The translations under genes were made by a program, and so were the position numbers. Of a stretch of 64,000 bases of DNA, positions 60,410 to 64,000 are shown piece by piece (the first letter of the stretch is position 1; every line of letters starts with the position of its first letter). A model generated the notes under the pieces. It searched no databases, was not told the DNA's origin, and saw nothing but the letters and a program-made list of their open reading frames with translations. Origin of the DNA: Candidatus Bathyarchaeota archaeon (GTDB lineage Archaea > Thermoproteota > Bathyarchaeia > Bathyarchaeales > Bathycorpusculaceae); contig OY970280.1 in assembly GCA_963715865.1 (NCBI GenBank), positions 2,208,001 to 2,272,000 on the forward strand. The letters are read 5' to 3'.

Positions 60410-61198
60410 TCACTTTCTGAACTTTTGCAGTTTTCTTAGCATCTCTTTGTCGCCTTCAGCGTCTCCAGCGCATGTGGCGATTATGCCGTCTACCAAGCCA
60501 TCCAGCTTTGCTGCCTTTTCTTCAACTGTATCCATGGTTGCGGCGACTGGCCACCCAATCATTTTCACTGTTTCTACATTTTTAGGTGTTCCCACTAGGA
60601 AGTATGAGTAGATGGGCTTGTTTAGGCGTTTGCACTCTTTAGCCACCTGCTCCAGTATTGGGAAGGATTTGTCTTCAAGCCTCATGAAGTAAATGAAGTC
60701 CCATGGCTCTCTCACTCGGGCAAGGGTTTCCTCTACAGATCGTCTTGCCGTTAGTAAGCAGCCAAGCTTGAGGTTTTTGGTCTTTACTGTGTTGCGTATG
60801 AAGTCTCGGGCTTCCTCGGAGGACGCCAACATTTTTATGGGCTCTCCGTACTTGGGGTCGTCGCCCATGGTAACTGCCAAGCCGTCGAGACCAACGATGT
60901 CTGCGGCTAAAGCTAAGCCTCCTACTTCGACTGGGCCTTTGTATTTTAGGATAAATATTGGTACGATTATTTTTTCAGGGTATTTAGTTTTGAGGATGCA
61001 ACTTACAACTGTGCCGCTGGCGGCTGGAAAACCGGCAGCGCTGTCAGTGACGTTCCATCCATCAACTAGATCTTTGATTTCGTCTGCAAGTTTTAGAAAT
61101 TTGCGTGTTGGAACAAACTCGTTTAGTATTTTCATAGAGAGTTCATCTCGGCTTAAGGCTAGATGTGTTTTCATTAAAAAATCTTTTGCATGTGGCAA
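60410..61198 (-). CDS. Divergent methylenetetrahydrofolate reductase (MetF)-like flavoprotein
   Basis: TIM-barrel pattern NEFVP, NVTDS..G, AVTMGDDP; canonical H-x-T-C-R-D motif absent. Confidence 0.6.
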   Translation of the reverse strand: MPHAKDFLMKTHLALSRDELSMKILNEFVPTRKFLKLADEIKDLVDGWNVTDSAAGFPAASGTVVSCILKTKYPEKIIVPIFILKYKGPVEVGGLALAADIVGLDGLAVTMGDDPKYGEPIKMLASSEEARDFIRNTVKTKNLKLGCLLTARRSVEETLARVREPWDFIYFMRLEDKSFPILEQVAKECKRLNKPIYSYFLVGTPKNVETVKMIGWPVAATMDTVEEKAAKLDGLVDGIIATCAGDAEGDKEMLRKLQKFRK

Positions 61199-61286
61199 AG
61201 CAGGCTTTAAAGCGGATGCCTAATTGAGAAGCAATTTATCATTGCCAAACATTCTCAGGGAAAAAAACAAGAAGTATAAAAAACAC

Positions 61287-62189
61287 TTAGCGCTGTCGGT
61301 TTCGTTTTCGGTTTTTAGGTTGTTGATGAGCGGCGAAGCTTTTTTCTGCTCGTTGTTTTTTGAATCTGGAAAGCTTTATGGTTTCTTCTTTATCTGTTTC
61401 TTCTTTGGCGATGTCTAGGTTTTTTAGCATTTTTTTCCCAGCCTCTGACCTTACAATGACTGTTGAGTATCCATTTTGGCTGCCTGCAGCGCCGACTGAG
61501 ATATCCGCAAGGCGGGCTGAGAAGTCATCGCAGTAATGGCATCCTTTTTCGACAGCTTTACCGAGGTCTCTTACTTTGCAACTGTATTCTTTTCCTTTAA
61601 GATGTAATATGAATTTTCCCTTTCGAATCTGGGTTTTTTCGACTTTGTCTATGTCGACGCCTAAACGTGTTTTTATTTCTTCTTTCAATTTGCCGTAGTT
61701 GAAGGCTTCGGAACAGAACAATCCTAAAATTGTGAGTTCTTGATTTGAAGAATTACGTTTGAGGGTTTGTTGTATTTTTCTTGCCGCCCTAACCTCGCAT
61801 GGTGTGCAAACGATTGCTATCTTCTTTTTCCCCTGGTCTGCTATTTCTCGTAGTTTGGGCGTAACTCTTACTCTGAGATATTTTGTTCCCCTTGCCGCCA
61901 TTACATCATTAACGTTATCTGCTACGACCGCTTCCGCGTTATATCCTTCTTTGCGTTGGACCACGATGGCTGAGTCGACCAATCCCTCCTTAATTCCTGA
62001 AACCAACAGTGCTGTAACTATTCCGCCGTCTTGCCCGTCGATACCGCTTTTTGCAGAAAATATGTCGCAGTAAACGCCAAGGTTTTCGTTCTTTGTTCCT
62101 TTCAGAAATTCTTGCTCTATTTTTGCTTCGTCTTGTGCTTTATAGTTTCGATATTTCTCTATGGTTTTTTCTGTGCGGCCATCAGCCAT
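61287..62189 (-). CDS. Coenzyme F420 hydrogenase/dehydrogenase beta subunit (FrhB) family protein
   Basis: GQDGGIVTALL, GTKY, CTPC, GLFC, GCHYCDDF..DISVG, GYSTVIVRS..G. Confidence 0.9.
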   Translation of the reverse strand: MADGRTEKTIEKYRNYKAQDEAKIEQEFLKGTKNENLGVYCDIFSAKSGIDGQDGGIVTALLVSGIKEGLVDSAIVVQRKEGYNAEAVVADNVNDVMAARGTKYLRVRVTPKLREIADQGKKKIAIVCTPCEVRAARKIQQTLKRNSSNQELTILGLFCSEAFNYGKLKEEIKTRLGVDIDKVEKTQIRKGKFILHLKGKEYSCKVRDLGKAVEKGCHYCDDFSARLADISVGAAGSQNGYSTVIVRSEAGKKMLKNLDIAKEETDKEETIKLSRFKKQRAEKSFAAHQQPKNRKRNRQR

Positions 62190-62302
62190 TAAAAGCGCAA
62201 CCAAACTGTTTTATTGAAAGTTAGTGAGCATTTTCGACCAAATAAAGCTTTAAAATCCTTGATATAGGCATAATGATATTTGCCTTAGTGTTCAGTTAAC
62301 AG

Positions 62303-62797
62303 GTGGGTTGCATGGGAGAGCATTTGGTGAATAAACCTAGACTTAAGTATGTCCATGGTGACGGAGGCATGCTTGATGAAATCAAGGTTTTATGGGAAAC
62401 CCTAAATAGACATCATCTGAGCGTGTCACCCTACTTCAAAGACTACTATCGAACTTTGACGTTTGAAGAAAGGAAGCGTGCTATTTTGCAGAGGGCTTCG
62501 GGCGGAGAAGTCAGGGTTGACCTTGCTTTGGATGCTTCAGGTGAGCTTATTGGTTATTGTGTAAGCAGCATTGACAGGTGGCTGACTGGTGAGATTGATT
62601 CCATTTTTGTCACTGCAAAATATAGAGGACAGGGCATCGGCAGAGCGTTAATGGAGAAAGCGCTGGCGTGGTTAAACGGTAAAGGGGCGAAAAAGAAGAT
62701 TGTTTCAGTGGCTGTCGGCAACGAGCAGGCTTACAGGTTCTATTCGCGGTTCGGCTTTCTTCCCAGAAGGACTTTGCTTGAACAGAAGAAACAGTAG
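62303..62797 (+). CDS. GNAT family N-acetyltransferase
   Basis: IFVTAKYRGQGIG, GNEQAYRFY.RFGF. Confidence 0.88.
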   Translation: MGCMGEHLVNKPRLKYVHGDGGMLDEIKVLWETLNRHHLSVSPYFKDYYRTLTFEERKRAILQRASGGEVRVDLALDASGELIGYCVSSIDRWLTGEIDSIFVTAKYRGQGIGRALMEKALAWLNGKGAKKKIVSVAVGNEQAYRFYSRFGFLPRRTLLEQKKQ

Positions 62798-62873
62798 AAT
62801 GCGTGTGTTTTATCTAACTTTGCGAGGAAACGTAAATTAACCTTAGAACGGAAATGTTTTTAGCTGTGAGATT

Positions 62874-63653
62874 ATGAAGGTTGCTGTTTCTGGTAAAGGC
62901 GGCGTCGGCAAAACCCTGATTGCTGGCGGTTTAGCTCGCGGTTTTGCTGAGCGTGGATTAAAGACGATGGCGATTGATGCAGATTCTTCTCCGAATCTCG
63001 GCTTGACGTTAGGCTTATCCGTTGAGGAAACTCGCAAAATCGTTCCTATTTCAGAGAACAAGGAGCTTGTGGAATCAAAAACTAGCACGGGTTACTCAGG
63101 AGTTTACCGCTTGCAATTCACCGTTGACGACATCGTCAAAGACTATTCAGTTAGCACTCCGCTTGGCGTGAACTTGATTGTTATGGGTACAGTGCGGTCG
63201 ATGGGTGCAGGCTGCATGTGTGCTCCAAACGCTGTTATCCGTGCTTTGCTTAGGCATCTTGTTGTTGAACGAAACGAAGCAGTTGTTTTGGATTTGGAAG
63301 CTGGCGTGGAGCATATCGGCAGAGGCACCGCCAGACATGTTGATGCATTACTCATCGTTGCCGACTCCAACCTGAAATCTCTGGAAATTGCCAAGCACAT
63401 TCACGATATGGCTGCTGCCGCCGGCATGAAGCAGCTTTATCTTGTTGGCAACAGAGTAATGAACGAAGCCCAGAAAGAGGCTATTCAAAACTTCGCAGAC
63501 AAAAACGGCTTATCCCTGCTTGCTTTTGTACCCTTTGACCAGAAAGTGATTGAAGCTGACATGGTTGGTGAAACGCCGCTTAAAAACAAGGAAATCTCAG
63601 CGGTTAAGACCATAGATAATATATGCGAGCTTTTGCTTAAGAAAACCGCATAA
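62874..63653 (+). CDS. cooC: CooC-type nickel-insertion ATPase
   Basis: GKGGVGKT, IDAD, GCMC nickel site, DLEAG.EH.GRG, GNRV. Confidence 0.92.
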   Translation: MKVAVSGKGGVGKTLIAGGLARGFAERGLKTMAIDADSSPNLGLTLGLSVEETRKIVPISENKELVESKTSTGYSGVYRLQFTVDDIVKDYSVSTPLGVNLIVMGTVRSMGAGCMCAPNAVIRALLRHLVVERNEAVVLDLEAGVEHIGRGTARHVDALLIVADSNLKSLEIAKHIHDMAAAAGMKQLYLVGNRVMNEAQKEAIQNFADKNGLSLLAFVPFDQKVIEADMVGETPLKNKEISAVKTIDNICELLLKKTA

Positions 63654-63674
63654 CAGTTTGAGGTTTATTTGAAA

Positions 63675-64000
63675 ATGAAAACTCTGGTAACGGTGGGTCG
63701 TGGCGGAACAGGAAAATCCAGTTTCACCGCTCTAATGACAAAATGCTTCATCGAAACTGGACAAGCACCCTTATTACTGGTTGACGCAGACCCAGACCAG
63801 AACCTTGCCGAAATGCTCGGAATAGACCTCAGAGAAGCTGGAAAATCAACCATCGCCGAATTGCTTGTCAGCACATTCATCGAGAAAGGAGGCACCACAG
63901 TAGGAATTCCTCCAACGGAACGAATAGAAAGTAGAATTTGGGAAAACGGCTTATACGAGAGCAAAAATTTCGACTTCCTTGCAATCGGCACTAAATGGGT
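63675..64000 (+). CDS. cooC: Second CooC/AcsF-type ATPase (runs off window end; not in ORF track)
   Basis: Hand translation MKTLVTVGRGGTGKSSF..LLVDADPDQNLAEMLG.. Confidence 0.85.
   Translation, partial: MKTLVTVGRGGTGKSSFTALMTKCFIETGQAPLLLVDADPDQNLAEMLGIDLREAGKSTIAELLVSTFIEKGGTTVGIPPTERIESRIWENGLYESKNFDFLAIGTKW

Overview
Archaeal chromosomal window with no rRNA and no CRISPR array. The gene inventory (PriS, Gins15 and Gins23, MCM, RFC-S/L, L44e/S27e/aIF2-alpha/Nop10, fused GuaA, CofE, FrhB-like, CooC pair, many membrane-anchored surface proteins) suggests a TACK archaeon, most likely Bathyarchaeia; this is inference, no phylogeny was run. About 1-32 kb is mostly core: replication, translation, tRNA modification, nucleotide-sugar, glutamate, GMP and cysteine metabolism. 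It includes one frameshifted surface-protein gene and one apparently catalytically dead UDP-sugar dehydrogenase. From 32.3 to 40.1 kb is a ~7.7 kb integrase-less island bounded by tRNA-Leu(GAG) and a 59-bp direct repeat of its 3' part. The island carries an oxidative-stress module (tiny Cys/His protein, peroxiredoxin, GC-rich KatG, Fur/PerR, Rieske ferredoxin), an IS and a VapBC pair. From 45 to 53 kb is a cluster of anchored beta-propeller/Ig-like surface proteins and a membrane-tethered wHTH regulator; three of its promoters share a tandem palindromic operator with 21-bp spacing. From 54 to 58 kb is a tightly coupled operon of unknown function (PLP threonine-synthase-like, DUF1611/DgcN-like, MurL/QueC-like ATP pyrophosphatase) with a convergent GNAT; this is the best candidate for an undescribed pathway. 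The window ends in a C1/F420 region (cofE, MetF-like, FrhB-like, two cooC).
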